Under the pieces are notes generated by a model. That model did not search any database, was not told where the DNA came from, and saw nothing but the letters and a program-made list of their open reading frames with translations. Shown in pieces: positions 1-13,455 of a DNA stretch of 64,000 nucleotides; within the stretch, counting starts at the first letter, position 1, and each line of letters opens with the position of its first letter. The position numbers and the translations under genes are program-made. The stretch covers positions 15,192,001 through 15,256,000 of the forward strand of contig NC_058368.1 in NCBI RefSeq assembly GCF_018350175.1. The letters run 5' to 3'. This DNA is from Felis catus. Its lineage: Eukaryota.

Positions 1-280
1 CTATTAAGGGTTGATTTTACCATCTCAAAATACCAAACTTTAAGGCTATGATTCTCAAAGGAACAGGAACGAAAAGCATATTGCTTGGGAAGACGAACAC
101 CAGAATCACTGAATCTGCTTAACTGAAATAATACATCCCTCCACTTGACCCTCAGCTATGACACAGTGAGCTGTCCTTAAAAGAATGTATCATATTCAAG
201 GATAGCCAATACATTCAGAGCCATTCCTTTTCAAAGGTACAGACACTTCCCTCTCCGACCCATCAAAACAACCCTTTAAC

Positions 281-448
281 CAATGTTTCTCAAACTTTAA
301 TATACAAATAAAATGCAGATGCTGAATTGGTAATGTGTGCCAAGTACCTGAAATATATTTGGGTATCAGTATTTCTAATGTATTTGAGCCTTAGTATTTC
401 TAAGGCTCTCAGGTTGATGCTGCTACAGATCCCACAATGAACAGCAAG
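281..448. mobile_element. Degenerate MER5A-like hAT-Charlie DNA transposon
   Basis: caatgtttctcaaacttt...aaaatgcagatgctga...caggttgatgctgct resembles MER5 termini and core. Confidence 0.5.
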
Positions 449-574
449 GTGAAACAGCTTCATCCTAATCCTTTACTCTTAAGATTAAACCACATAAATG
501 TGCATTTAGATTAACCCAGATTAAGAGACCATTTTTAATTTAACTGAAAGGAAAGTCTTCCAAAGTTACTTTAC

Positions 575-769
575 CCAGGAACTGACTGACTTTTGCTGCT
601 CCTCCTGTAGCCTGCTTTGCTATATAAAGTCCCTTGGTCACAGCTGGACTAACTTCCACTGGTTTTTCTTCTGGTTGAATCCGTTCACGGAGTTTAGAAG
701 CGCCTTTCTGGATTGCTTTTCCAGTAAATTCAGCACCTTTGACCAAACCCCAGCTCACCCAGGAAGCAC
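575..769 (-). CDS. SPART: Spartin exon 6 (195 nt, phase 1-1), senescence-domain region; gene continues beyond the window
   Basis: aaaag|GTGCTTCC; translates (G)ASWVSWGLVKGAEFTGKAIQKGASKLRERIQPEEKPVEVSPAVTKGLYIAKQATGGAAKVSQFL; donor CTGG|GTAAAG. Phase matches exon 5. Confidence 0.96.
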
Positions 770-3364
770 CTTTTTATAGGAAAATTTAAAATTGCACAAT
801 TAGAGTTGATTATACCTGTAAACCCTTTAATAACTTACCAACACGAAAAAAACAAAACAAAACAAAACAAGGAATTCAATGTTTAGATCCCAAAGATGCC
901 ATTAACTTTCAAGCCAACTTTATACTTATAATTTTCTGCCTGGAATACAAATCTTTTCTAAGTAAATTCATCTTTCAGTACTTAGGCCACAGATCACTCA
1001 ATAACAGAGTTCTATATTACTCTATGCTGCCACTATAACTTGTAGGTATCTCTCCATGTCACTGACCACACTATTACTATTGTTAGGAACTAATTTTGAG
1101 TTGGTACCATTAAGATGGTATTTGGCTTGAGGACCCAGGTATCCTTGTTCTTCTTGCCTTAGTCCAGGTACCACTTTTCGTCCATGAAGTGCTGAGGGGT
1201 TTAGACGCAAGTAATGCAAGCTGGAAACCAATACACCTATATCTCAAACACCAAGGCAGAAGAACTCTTTGCTTGCTTTAGACTAAAGGCATAAGGCAAG
1301 GGGACCTGTTCCTCCCTCAAACCCAAACCCCACGATCTCAGCACCTTTTAGCTTATATCATAAACCTGAATAACAAAGACAAAAGAATACTCAAAAAAAT
1401 TCATGAGAAGAAAAGATGTAAGAAGAAAACTTGGGAAGCCTAGATGGTTTAGACATTTGTCATGAGAACAGGCCCTAGCACTTTGCTTTGGCTCAATGCT
1501 TCCTGCAGAATGAATGAAAAAAGAGAGAGAAAGCAGCACAGTACAGACTGCTCTAGCGAAAAGGCCCTGCACACATGCAGGGAAAGGAGAAGTGGGAATG
1601 AAATGGGAAAAGCAAGAAAAAATATACAAAGAGAATAGTTGCCCCTGAGAGGAAGAATAAAGTGTTACCCTGCGTTGGAGAGCTTACAATTTTAAATATT
1701 TCCTTTTTGGCTATACCCTGGAACAATGAGCTTGGACATATAAAATACTTAAGTACATTGTACCAAGGTCTGTGGCATAGCTTTTACATAATTACTTTCG
1801 CCTATGAGTGAGCAGGCACCCAATGTCATGTGAAAATCCTGTTTGTTTAAAAAGGCTGACAATGAAAAGTAAAGTGGTGATTGATTAAAAAAATTGTGGT
1901 ACTTCTGTTTTTGTTTTAGTCAACACATCCATCTGACTCAAACCCTACCCCCACCATCCTACCCCTGGGGAAGGACCAGGTCTCAATCCAGGGAAAAAGC
2001 TTTCAACCAAGAGTTCGAGTTCCCATAACAATAAAGAGATTAAAGACCTCTATTAAAAAACAAACCAAACCAAAAAAAAAAAAAAAACATAAAAACAAAA
2101 AACAAAAACGTGTATTTTTAAAGTTAACTCACAAGTTGAAAAGATACAAGAAGTAAAAAAACCAACTGAACTTGAAGACTGAGAAATCATAAAACAAATG
2201 ATAATGAAAAAGGAAAGCTCTATACTCCTGCAATGAAACAAGCAAGAGGGACAGAGTCCATTGATGACTGAGAAGAATAAATGGAAATGAGATAAATGAA
2301 AAGTCACAGGACTGATAAAGAGAAACACTAGATCAAATTATAAAGAAGCTATCACCATGGAAGAGCACATAACAGAGATAATGTGTTAAAACTGAAAAGA
2401 CTGCAACAGAAGATCAAGAAATGTAATGCTTTATCGGTAGCTACTAAGATCTTTTAAATGGCATGTGTAGTGCCAGATATAAATTTATTCTATCCACGTT
2501 CACATTATTTGCACCCATTTAATGTTGAGATACAGCAGGCAATGAATGTTTGCTGAATAAATGAGAAGTTGGCAGATGACTTAAAATGATCTCACTCAAA
2601 TCTAACATAATGGAGGGGGGCTCTAATCAGCCCATTGTCATATATCCTCTACCTCCTTCCAAATTAGCTTACTAAACTCTACTCCATCTAAGATGTTTGG
2701 CAGTTGCCTTCTTAAAAGTAATTCTAGGCTCCTCAAGCCAATATTCTACACAGATAATTTTTAAGCAGTTCATATTTTTTCACCTTTTATATTCATAAAA
2801 CCTAAGACTGTAGCTTTTACTGATCTTAACTGATTCTCTGACAGTGGACAGGAATCAATCATGGGCTAAACTGACTGAGCTCAATTTAGATCCCTGATTA
2901 CTTATCTTTGTATAGAGCCTGCACAAGTCAGGAAGAAATAGTTGCTTGACAGATCAGATTATTTTCCTCTGGAATAAATCTTGGGTATTTTCTGCACCTC
3001 TTTGCTACTTATACTTTTAAGTATTTGGTGAGGTGGTGGGTTTTCATTCTATCTACTAAAAAGCACATAAAGAGATATATACTCTGATTGGCAGTTAGTT
3101 TTAATGTAACCAACTATTAGAGATATTTCTAGAATTCTGAGGGAATAAGATGAAAAGTGTTACAAACACCTGCCGAAGTCCCAAGCAGTAAAGTAGGCCT
3201 CTTTGCGTTACCATAATGTAGTTTTTGCTCATTCTCAAATGATGCACTGCTGAGAGTTTTTCTGAAATCTCTAAAGAGATCTCTGCCCAGAATTAGCTGA
3301 TACTAAGGATGCTCTACCTCAATGAATAGAATCAGTGTGTGAAATCTTTGGAGGTCTAAGACTC

Positions 3365-3955
3365 TGTGACATGCTATACTTTCCAAAGATGGTCAAAATA
3401 GTATTTCCTGTTCTACATGTTCTTTTAACATGACCTTGACATTCCTCCCATTGAGAAGTGGGGTCTCTGTTACAATCCCTTCAATTTGAGCAGGTTTGTT
3501 ACTTTCTTGTGATGAATGATACTAGAAATTTCCAAGAATATGTCAGGAAGAGTATGCAGCCTCTAGCTGTTTTGCTATATCATATACGCTTCGAACCCTG
3601 AGCTACCATGTAGAAGCCAAACTGGCTTAAGGCTGCCAAGCTGTGAAGAAGTTAAACCACATGGAGACCATGTCTAGGCACTCTATTTGGCAGTCCTAGA
3701 TTCTGAGCTCTTCCAATCCAGATGCCAGATTTGTGAGTGAAGGAGCCTTTGGATGATTCCAGACCCCAGATACTGAGTCACTAGTCAGCCTTTGAGTCTT
3801 CCTAGCTAAGGTCCTGACCTCATAGAGCAGATCTAAGCAATCTCTGCTGTGACCTTCTGGAATACCTGGTCCACAGTTATCCTAAGCATAAACAAATTGT
3901 TGTTTCATGCCATTAAGTTTGGAATGGTTTGTCACACAGCAATAGTAAATAGAAC
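3365..3955 (+). mobile_element. MLT1-family (ERVL-MaLR) solo LTR
   Basis: Starts tgtg...ccaaagatggtc and ends gccattaagtttggaatggtttgtcacacagcaatagtaaatagaac, the typical MLT1 3' end. Confidence 0.8.
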
Positions 3956-4556
3956 TATTTACTATAAATAGTGGTATAAATTTTAAAAAGTTTACAACCT
4001 TTGAAATTAGTTATCTACCTATGTGTGAATATAGGCAAGTTTTCTGAATACTGACCTAATAGCTTAGCAACCTGTAAAGTTATGGGGCAGGGTAGTAAGA
4101 GTGAAGGTTTTCTTTATAACTTCTTTGAAAATCTTTTTCAAGGATCAATTTTAACTGTTAAAAATTGTAACTGAAAATTCTGGCTGTCTTTTCTTACCTC
4201 TAGCAGCTCTGACACCAGGCAAAATATTTTGTTAGCTCCTAGCTAATTAATTTTCCCTTATTTTAGCTTGTTGGCTTTTCATGTTGAAGGTTTTTTTCTG
4301 CTTTAGACACCTTTATTATTTTAATGGGGTTTTAGTACACACATGGAAGTCTGTATTGACGGTCTTTTAAATGACTGGTCAAGATGCCTTTACAGGGTCA
4401 TGAATTTGGCTAACTAGTGACTGGTAATGTTTTTTAAAAACAAATTAGAATGTCTAAATCTGAGAGCTACTATAGTTGAAAAGCTAAAATGTTAACCAAT
4501 AAAAGTGAAAAGATCTATGTCAGTAATGATAATTCTGGTTTTAAAATAACTGATCT

Positions 4557-4860
4557 GGGGCACCTGGGTGACTCAGTCACTTAAGTGTCTGACTCTTGAT
4601 TTAGGCTCAGGTCATGATCTCATGGTTTGTGAGTTCGAGCCCCAAATCAGCTCTGCACTGACTAGCTGAGCCTGCTTGGGAGTCTCTGTTTCCCTTTCTC
4701 TCTGCCCCTCCCCTGCACTCTCTTTCTCCCAAAAATAAATATATAAATAAATACATAAATATATTTATATATATCTAACATATATATAAACGCACGTATA
4801 TATTAAATATATACAAATATATATATGCCTTTAAATATATATATATATATATGCCTATAA
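4557..4860 (+). mobile_element. CanSINE with (TA)-rich tail
   Basis: ggggcacctgggtgactcag head, CT-rich tract, aaaataaa tail followed by (TA)n. Confidence 0.9.
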
Positions 4861-5359
4861 AAAATTATAAAATAATTGATCTGATGCCCTTTCTAGCCAA
4901 AATTAAATTGTAGGGCCTACATCCCAAAAAGCTTGGCTGTAATCCTCAGATCTTTAATACCTCCACTGCTATGTGGTTAGGGAGTGCTGGTTTGCTTCCA
5001 AAGATGGATGAATATCTTATCATTTTTTGGAGGAAGAGGGAAGGGGAGAAAAGAAAAGGATTAAGGGAGAATTTCAAAGAGGAAAGGAGAATAACTAATT
5101 TTATGTTCAGAGTTGTCCCAGGAGTTTGGGGATTCCTGAAGTTTTTCACTATCAATTTTCCCAAAAGTGAAACAGAAAAAAAGCAAGAAAAAACTTATAC
5201 CTATAGGATAATATGTGATGTTCTAAGAGACTAGTTCCTTTCAGGTATTTATAAAATGATCATTTAGAACCAAAATACAAAATTACCTTTCTAAGTAGTC
5301 ACTTATGGATTCCAAACATTTCACATTATATGGGGGAAAAGTTAGCATTACTGTAATAC

Positions 5360-5483
5360 CTGACAAAATATTTTGAGCCACTTTCTCACTCCATTCAGGT
5401 AATTCCTTTGCTTTGTCTTCTGAACCTGGCTCATAGGGTACAATGTGACTCAGATTAACTTCTTCACTTGGAGTATCTTTGGT
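5360..5483 (-). CDS. SPART: Spartin exon 5 (124 nt, phase 0-1)
   Basis: tttag|ACCAAAGAT; translates TKDTPSEEVNLSHIVPYEPGSEDKAKELPEWSEKVAQNILS(G); donor TCAG|GTATTA. Confidence 0.94.
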
Positions 5484-6423
5484 CTAAATAGTAAAAATAT
5501 TTCAAAATGTAAAACAGTAAAATACTAAGGGGAAAAATGATAAGCAGTATTTAATAAAATATTAAGCCAACAAACACTAGTTATAATTAATAAGATTATT
5601 TCCACCCAACATAGCTATCAGTACATTTTATACACAATATCATAACTGCCATGAAACTGAAAACTATACTGGTCTTATGTAAGGTCTCACTGGTAAATAA
5701 GGTTTAAATACCAACATATCTCCAATAGAGCATTTATCAACTCATATTTAAATTGATGAGATTACGGGGTTCCTTTATATAGCTATCAACCCCTTAATAA
5801 GAGTATGCACATGGTGTACTCAGTAAGATTTAAAAGATTTGTTAAATGACTCAATCGGTAAGGATACATCCAAATAAATTGGTTTTGATAGAAATCAAGT
5901 AAAGCAAGTAAAAATATATAAACACAGAAAAATCTACTCCATCTGAATGGAAATGGGGAACATAGAAATACCTGTATTTTGCTAATTTAATAGCTGTTAT
6001 GTGAGCTAGGGCCAACACTCAAATTGTCAAAGCTCAATGTACTCATTCTAAGAACTTAACAGCAAGCTAACTCAGACCTCATAATATAAAATAATTTGAA
6101 AATAAAACTGCTTAAGAGAACTAAGAGAACTTCACTTAAAATATAAAACATTAAAAACAAAACAAAAACTTCTATGGGCAGGGGAAGCCATTCATAAGTA
6201 AAACCTAAAGACAAACGGAACAAAATATTTACAATTTCTATCTCTGATAATGGGCCAATGTCCTAATATATAAAGAGCTCCTGGAAATTAAGAAGACTAG
6301 TGACCCAGTCATAAAAAGTGGACAAAGTACAAGAACAGACAACACACAGAAAACAAAATTCAAGGAATCCTTGAGCATATACACATCACTCATAATAAAA
6401 TCAATACAAATTAAGATATTCCA

Positions 6424-6663
6424 GGGGCGCCTGGGTGGCGCAGTCGGTTAAGCGTCTGACTTCAGCCAGGTCACGATCTCGCGGTCCGTGAGTTTGAGCC
6501 CCGCGTCAGGCTCTGGGCTGATGGCTCAGAGCCTGGAGCCTGTTTCCGATTCTGTGTCTCCCTCTCTCTCTGCCCCTCCCCCGTTCATGCTCTGTCTCTC
6601 TCTGTCCCAAAAATAAATAAACGTTGAAAAAAAAATTTTTTTAAAAATTAAAAAAAAAGAAAA
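6424..6663 (+). mobile_element. Young felid SINE (SINEC_Fc type) with TSD aagatattcca
   Basis: ggggcgcctgggtggcgcagtcggttaagcg...cagccaggtcacgatctcgcgg, with CpGs intact; TSD at 6413-6423 and 6664-6674. Confidence 0.95.
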
Positions 6664-6833
6664 AAGATATTCCAATACACCATTTCTCATCTACCAGACT
6701 GCCAAAATACAGAAAGACTGATCAGCTTCTCTGTGGATGAGGCTATGAGGAAATGGGTCTCCTACACTGCTGGTGGGAGTGCTGAAGAGTACAGTCCTTG
6801 GGGAGGGGAAATTAGCAAAATCTATCAAAATTA

Positions 6834-7040
6834 GGGGTGCCTTGGGTGGCTCAGCTGGTTAAGCATCTGACTCTTAATTTCGGCTCAGGTCATGATCTCA
6901 CAATTTTGTGAGTTCGACCCATGTCAGGCTCTGCGCTAACCCTGCAGAGCCTGGTTGGGATTCATGCTCTCTCTTGCTCTCTCTGCCCCTCCCCTGCTCA
7001 CACTCTATCTCAAAATAAACTTAAAAAAATTATTTAAAAA
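6834..7040 (+). mobile_element. CanSINE
   Basis: tRNA-derived head, CT tract, A tail; flanked by aaaatctatcaaaatta repeats. Confidence 0.9.
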
Positions 7041-8897
7041 AATCTATCAAAATTACAAATGCATTTATCTATTGACTCAGTAGCCCCACTTCTAAGAATT
7101 TACCTTATGAATTACCTGCAATGTATGAATCAATGGATCTAAAAGTTATTCATTGAAGCACTGCTTCTAATAGCAAAAACCTGGAATCATCCAAATATTC
7201 CTCAATAAAAGACTGGTTAAAGAAAACTATGAAAACTCATACAACGAAATATGAGGTAACTATAAAAAAGATTGAGAAGGTTCTCCATTTATTAACATTG
7301 AAAGATTCCCAGAATTTATTATCAGATAAAAAAATAAAATAGAGAACACTCTATGATGTTACCTTTTGTGAAAGAGAAATCTAACAGTTTTTACTTGCTT
7401 TCATCTGCCTCAAGAAACCTGGGGAAGAAATACAAGATCCTGATAAAAAGTGATTACCTACAGCGGCAGGGAAAATGGTATGGACAAAGGTAGGAGTAAA
7501 GCTTTTCAATGTATATATCTGTTTACATAATTTGATTTCTTTTTAGTCAACAAATTGTTTTAAAAATGGAAGTTTTCAACAATGTGGAAAATTTCCAAAT
7601 ATACTGTTAAGTAAAAAAGCAAGAAGCGAAAGTTATGTCTCACATACTGCCATTTGTATTAACAATTACGTATATGTGTGTATACATACATACACACACA
7701 CACAAAATAAATGTGTATGTATATATGTTTGAAAATGCATAAAAGTAATAAGCAAGAGTAATAAGAAGGTAGCAGCAATGTGTCTTAGAGCAGGGAGCTA
7801 GGTGGCTGAGGGCCAGGGAGGCAGACTTACTTTTCCCTAAGTATCGTTTCTACCTTTTGGATTTCTTTTTGGTATATTTCTTTGAACCATCTTGGACTCC
7901 CAATGTCTTCATAAGCTGGTCTAAGATATTCAACATAAACTACAAATAAATGTAGAACATTCAAGTGGTATGCATTAATCCCACAGGTAATTATTGAGCA
8001 CTTACAATGCAGAATACAACAATGAAGGATACAAAACTGTAATTCAATACTCACAATGCGATTTTCTTTCTTCATATATTTGCTTATATTACTACTTCTG
8101 CCCAGAATCCCCTTCAATCTGCTATTTGTATGGCCAGCTCTTGCTTCATTCTTCAGAACTCATCTTAGCCATAATGCCCTCTCAGGAGAGCCTTCCTTAC
8201 AGTTTCCCACACTACCATATGCCCATACTTATCTATGAGACTAGGTTGTATGTTAGGTGATGCAATCTAGCCTTCTATGTACCTTCATCTAATGATCACA
8301 CTGGATAGGGAAATTATCTCTTTGTTAATCTGTCCTCCTCACTAGATATTAAATTCCTTAGGATAAGAAATTTAACTTTTCCACTATGCTCAGCATTCTG
8401 GCACTACTTACCGAACTGTATTCCCAATTTACCATTTAGAGAATATATACTCATGAGATGAAAAAAAAACCTACTAAACATATTTTTAAAAATCCATTCT
8501 CTTTCCTGATGACAATCCATAAAGAAACAAGACTGAATAAAAATGGTAGTGTAAGGAAAAGCATACCTAGCCCCAAGACCTTGGTATATACAGGAAAGTG
8601 GAGAACACCACAAAACAAAACAAAAAAATGCATTAATGTAAATACAAAAAATCTTTCAAATACTTGAAAAAAAATCTATCCCCCAAAACACAGAATATGC
8701 TATAAAACAGTTTAAGTCACAAACACTGTAAAGGAAAATATTACAGCTGATTCTAATAATTTTTACCAGTGATCATTTTATGACTGCAAGTCGCTCTGCT
8801 TTAGTAAACAAGAATAAGATTTACTTATTTATTTCACCAGGTGAAAGGTATCATTTGAATAGAACTCACACACATACCTTATTGTTTTTTTACTTAC

Positions 8898-9065
8898 TTT
8901 TTTCCCCCGTTTTCCTTTATGACGCACGTCCTTATTGTCTTGGTCCAATGAAGGACCCAACTGTCTCACATCAGTGCCACTGGCTTCTTTCAACTGGTCA
9001 GAGGAACATCTTGCTCTTCCAGGGATTTGGAATTCATTTTCTCCTTCTGCCCGGTTCCAGTTGGC
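8898..9065 (-). CDS. SPART: Spartin exon 4 (168 nt, phase 0-0)
   Basis: cttag|GCCAACTGG; my translation is ANWNRAEGENEFQIPGRARCSSDQLKEASGTDVRQLGPSLDQDNKDVRHKGKRGKK; donor AAA|GTAAGT. Not in the ORF track. Confidence 0.95.
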
Positions 9066-9434
9066 CTAAGGTGTAAAGGACTAAGCTCAAATTCAAATTT
9101 TCTCAAATGACTGTCCTCTTAGCTATGCTCTAATAATGTATTTGTTCAACTATCAGTGTTTGACAGTCTAAATATGACCACTTTTACTTGTCTTTCTTCT
9201 ATAATTTTGTTTTATCTCATCATCCAAACCTCAAACTTTGAGTTCTTTAGTTTGTAGCATATGGACTAAAGCAAATTTCCAAAGACAAAGCATAAAAGAT
9301 AAACTTACAGCAGTTATTAGGGTAAGTTATCATTAAATCAGATGTAGCTACATTTGAATTTAATTAAATTAACAAATTGTAAGTTTTAGGAAACAGATAA
9401 ATATAAGACTAAGTGAGTTTAAAGCAATGAACAA

Positions 9435-9596
9435 GGGGCGCCTGGGTGGCTCAGTCTGTTAACTGTCCAACTCTTGATTTTGTTTGAGGTCATGATCTCA
9501 TGGTTCATGAGTTTGAGCCCTGTATCAGGCCATGTGCTGATAGTACGGAACCTACTTGGGATTCTCTCTCTCTTTCTCTCTCTGTCCCTCCCCTGC

Positions 9597-9639
<43 letters not shown>

Positions 9640-10110
9640 AAATAAGCAAACTTAAAAAATAAATAAATAAAGGCAATAAACTCATGTCTGTTTAACCACT
9701 CCGCATTATTGGAAAACTGATTTTGTGTTTTTTGGTTTTTTTTTACTAAAAACTACAGGTATTTTGCTTGCATATACCTTACTGAATAAATACTTAAAAG
9801 TAAAAACAAGTCAAAATTATAGCTAATAACTAACTTTTGTTTACAGTTGGAGTTCTGGGACAATAGAGCAAACTAAAAATGACATGCAACTAGGGGTGCC
9901 TGAGTGGCTCAGTTGGTTAAGCATCTGACTTCAGCTCATGTCATGATCTGACAGTTCGTGGGTTCAAGCCCCGCATCAGGCTCTGTGTTGACAGCCCAGA
10001 GCCTGAAGCCTGATTCAGATTCTGTGTCTCCCTCTCTCTCTGCCCCTCCCCCATGTGTTCTCTCTCTCAAAAATAAACATTAAAAAATATTTTTAAAAAA
10101 TAAAATAAAA
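9435..10110 (+). mobile_element. Two CanSINEs (~9435-9670, ~9893-10110)
   Basis: Consensus heads gggg(c/t)gcctg(g/a)gtggctcag, (CT)n tracts and A tails. Confidence 0.9.
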
Positions 10111-11642
10111 ATGACGTGCAACCAAAAATAACACCAGAGGAAAGTAAACATGTAACCTAGAAGTCGGTTTAATTTCTTTCCTAAAGCCCAGTAATATATG
10201 TCCAATGAATGTAGGGGTGAAGGGAGTAACTGCTCTATAATAGGTCTGAAATAATTAAAAATGTCACTTCGTTCAGCTAAGTAAATGGCAAAGCTAAGAC
10301 TTGAACACCTATCCACTTGGTCATGTTTCTGTCTTTATAAACTACTGTCTATGAGCACACTAAGGCTACACACATTTCTGTCGAGGGGGGTTCACATGTT
10401 TTGTTAATATACCTTAAATGTTTAGTATTGGCTATGCTAAAGTATATGTTGACCACCAGATCATTCTCATATGCAGTTCATGTAACCTAATGCTACAGAT
10501 GATTCTGACCTTTGGTTTAGCCGGTAGCCTATTCCTATCATCTGTGATCTTTTCAATATAGGTATGAATTGAAAGAGTATTCGAATTCCTGACAAAAAGA
10601 GTAACAAAGCTTTCGAGACTGAACTCAAGGGAAACCATTTTGTGAAATCCTCCCTGATCTCCTTCCTGAACTGTGTGTATACTTTTATTTCATCACCTAT
10701 CATACTGTACTGTGGTTACTCAGCCACTGTAAGTACAAGAGAATAGGAGTTGTTACATATCTTTATAGTGTCTTATTCTGTCTTCCCACCCACCATCTAA
10801 TACCTAAACAATGGATTCTAAATACACACTGACTAAAGAATAAAAGATTATACAATTATGCTGTGAATCTCCTTCAACTTCAGAAAACTGTCAATATTCA
10901 CAACAAAAATATTTTTCCCCTCTTGTCCTACATCAGGATGAGCAAGAACAACTAAAGAAAGCTTCTCCTTAATACTCTATTTTATCTCCCCATAACAGAT
11001 CAACATGCAGGCAAAAAAAAACAGGCTCAAATAAGGAAAATTCACAGGATGACCAACCATATTTTAAAACACACTTTATTTGCTCTTTATTTGGTTTCAC
11101 TTATCATGAGAACAAAGATAATTCCCTCAAATAAAACCTGTTTCTTCCTCAAAATGCCAATCATACCCCTAAAATGTCCAACTTAGCCCATATGCTAATG
11201 CCAAAATTACCTTCACTTCACCATTTAGTCTAACCCTTAACCTATTTTTCCAACTGAGCAGGAACACAGTGATGATAACAAGAGCTAACATTCACAGAAC
11301 ACTACCGCTTGCCAGCACTGATATAAGACAACATTAACTTTAAATCTTCACCACGGCCCAATAAAGCAGATGATATTATTTCCATTTTATGATAAGGAAA
11401 CTAAAAAGAAGATCAATAAGTTGAGTTAAACAGCTATTAAGTGGAAGAGCTCAAATTCAAACCCAGAGCTCACAATCTTAATCATTACTTCTAACCAATT
11501 TCCAACTAGTATTTGTGAACACACAAATTATATATTCTCAATCTCCTAACTCTGATTACATTACAGCCTATCACAATTTCTCTAAAAGCAAAAGTTGCTT
11601 ATGTTAAAGCAGATTTTCATCCTAAAGATGATCATACATTAC

Positions 11643-11840
11643 CTGAAGCCGAAGGTCAGACATCTGTCTTAATAAATCCTCGAAGAGTTCTCTATCATCT
11701 TCTGGTAATTCAGAAGACAAGACAACCCCCACAAAGCATCCTGACGCTTGTAACATGGTATCAGGAAACATGTAGGCTCCCACAGTACATTTAAGAACTG
11801 GAGATCTATCAGGAACTAGAGGATACAACCAGTCACAAAC
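11643..11840 (-). CDS. SPART: Spartin exon 3 (198 nt, phase 0-0)
   Basis: ttcag|GTTTGTGACTGG; translates VCDWLYPLVPDRSPVLKCTVGAYMFPDTMLQ...RQMSDLRLQ; donor CAG|GTAATG. Confidence 0.96.
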
Positions 11841-12577
11841 CTGAAGGAATTAGTTTAAAAAAAATTAATCGAAAGAACTAGATTTTCACTGAAGTTTTAG
11901 AATTGTTATAGCAGAAAATAAACATTTCCAAGTTCTAAATGCATTTTACAAAGCTTTACAGAATCAATGATTCTCCACTAAAAATTAGCTATTTGCTAGT
12001 ATGATCTTTGTGCATACCACTCACAAGAACTGTCCTAAAAATGCTATTGCTCCACTAATTATACAGTGTTGAAATTAGTGACCTTAAATAGCCCACTATT
12101 AACCAATGATGAGTCTAGTTTTAAATAAATAATGGTCAAAGTAAAGCGAAACCGTATTATTCAAATTAGACATCCCTTTGTGGAAATACATAAAATCAAA
12201 CTGTTTTCAAGTACATATAATTACTGATTTAATTAATTCTCACAACAATTCCATGAAGTTAGTTATTATCATTTCATGCACAAAACTGAGGCATAGAGAG
12301 GTTAATTAAGTTGCTCAGAGTCAACTAAAAAAGTAGAGCTAGGATTTAAACACAGATCTGGCACCAGAGAAGCCAGACAATTACTTTAATTAAATACCCA
12401 GAATTCATAATATTGAATAATTATTTTTTTTTTAGAAATTGACATGACATAGCTAGAATAGAATATGAAGTTATGTTTATGGAGTTACCTTCTATTATTA
12501 AGTTCAATCAAAATGACACAAAGCTGCCCAGCAGTATCATCAGATTGTCCATATGCTAAGACTTAAACTCACTGGAT

Positions 12578-13455
12578 GAGGCACATGGGTGGCGCTAGAT
12601 TGAGTATCAGACTCTTGATTTCGTCGTAGGTCATGATCTCATGGTTCATGGGATTGAGCTCCCCATTAGGCTCTGCACTGAGGGGGCAGAGCCTGCTTGG
12701 GATTCTCTCTCTCCCTGTCCCTCCCCTCCTCACGTACATATTCTCTTTCAAGTAAACATTGAAAAAAAAAAAAGACTTAGGGGCTCCTGGGTGGCTTAGT
12801 TATTTGGGCATCTGACTGGCTCAGGTCACAATCTCGCAGTTTGTGAGTTTGAGCCCCACATCGGGCTCTGTGGTGACAGCCTGGAGCCTACTTCTGATTC
12901 TGTATCTCACTCTCCCTCTGTCCCTCCCTGGCTCATGCTCTCTCTCTCTAAAAAATACACAAATATTAAAAAAAAAATAAAAAAGAAGAAGACTTAAGCT
13001 TACTTTCTGGAGATCTAAATTCAGAAAAGACTAAGCTTAAATCATGATATCCAAATGAATTCATTTCCATTGAGATTACATTCTTTGAGCAAGGAGAATA
13101 TAATTGTGTTGTTCACTCAGGACACATGGTCTTCCTAATAATAAGAAACTGGGAAGAACAATCTATTATCAAAATATTGTATAGTAAATATGAATCAAAG
13201 AGCATGGAAGATTTCATACAAAAAATGAAAAATTCTCGGGGCGCCTGTATGGCTCAGTCGGTTAAGCGTCCAACTTTGGCTCAGGTCACGATCTTGTGGT
13301 TCCTGAATTCGAGCCCTGCATCAGGATCTGTGCTGACAGCTCAGAGCCTGGAGCCTGCTTCGGATTCTGTGTCTCCCTCTCTCTCTGCCCCTCCCCCACT
13401 CACACTCTGCCTCTCTTAAAAATAAGTACACATTAAAAAAAATTTTTTTTTAATG
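12578..13455 (+). mobile_element. Three CanSINEs (~12578-12772, ~12780-12985, ~13238-13455)
   Basis: Head/CT-tract/A-tail structure in each; the first two are in tandem. Confidence 0.9.

Larger units (their letters stand above)
6130..7520 (+). mobile_element. Old L1 (L1M-type) 3' fragment interrupted by two CanSINEs
   Basis: Degenerate L1 3' motifs: atatataaagagctcc, caatacaccattt, tacactgctggtgggagtg, cccacttctaagaatttacc. Confidence 0.7.

Noticed and set aside
6424..6500. tRNA-like A/B-box sequences in SINE heads
   Set aside because: tRNA-derived SINE heads followed by CT tracts and A tails, not tRNA genes.
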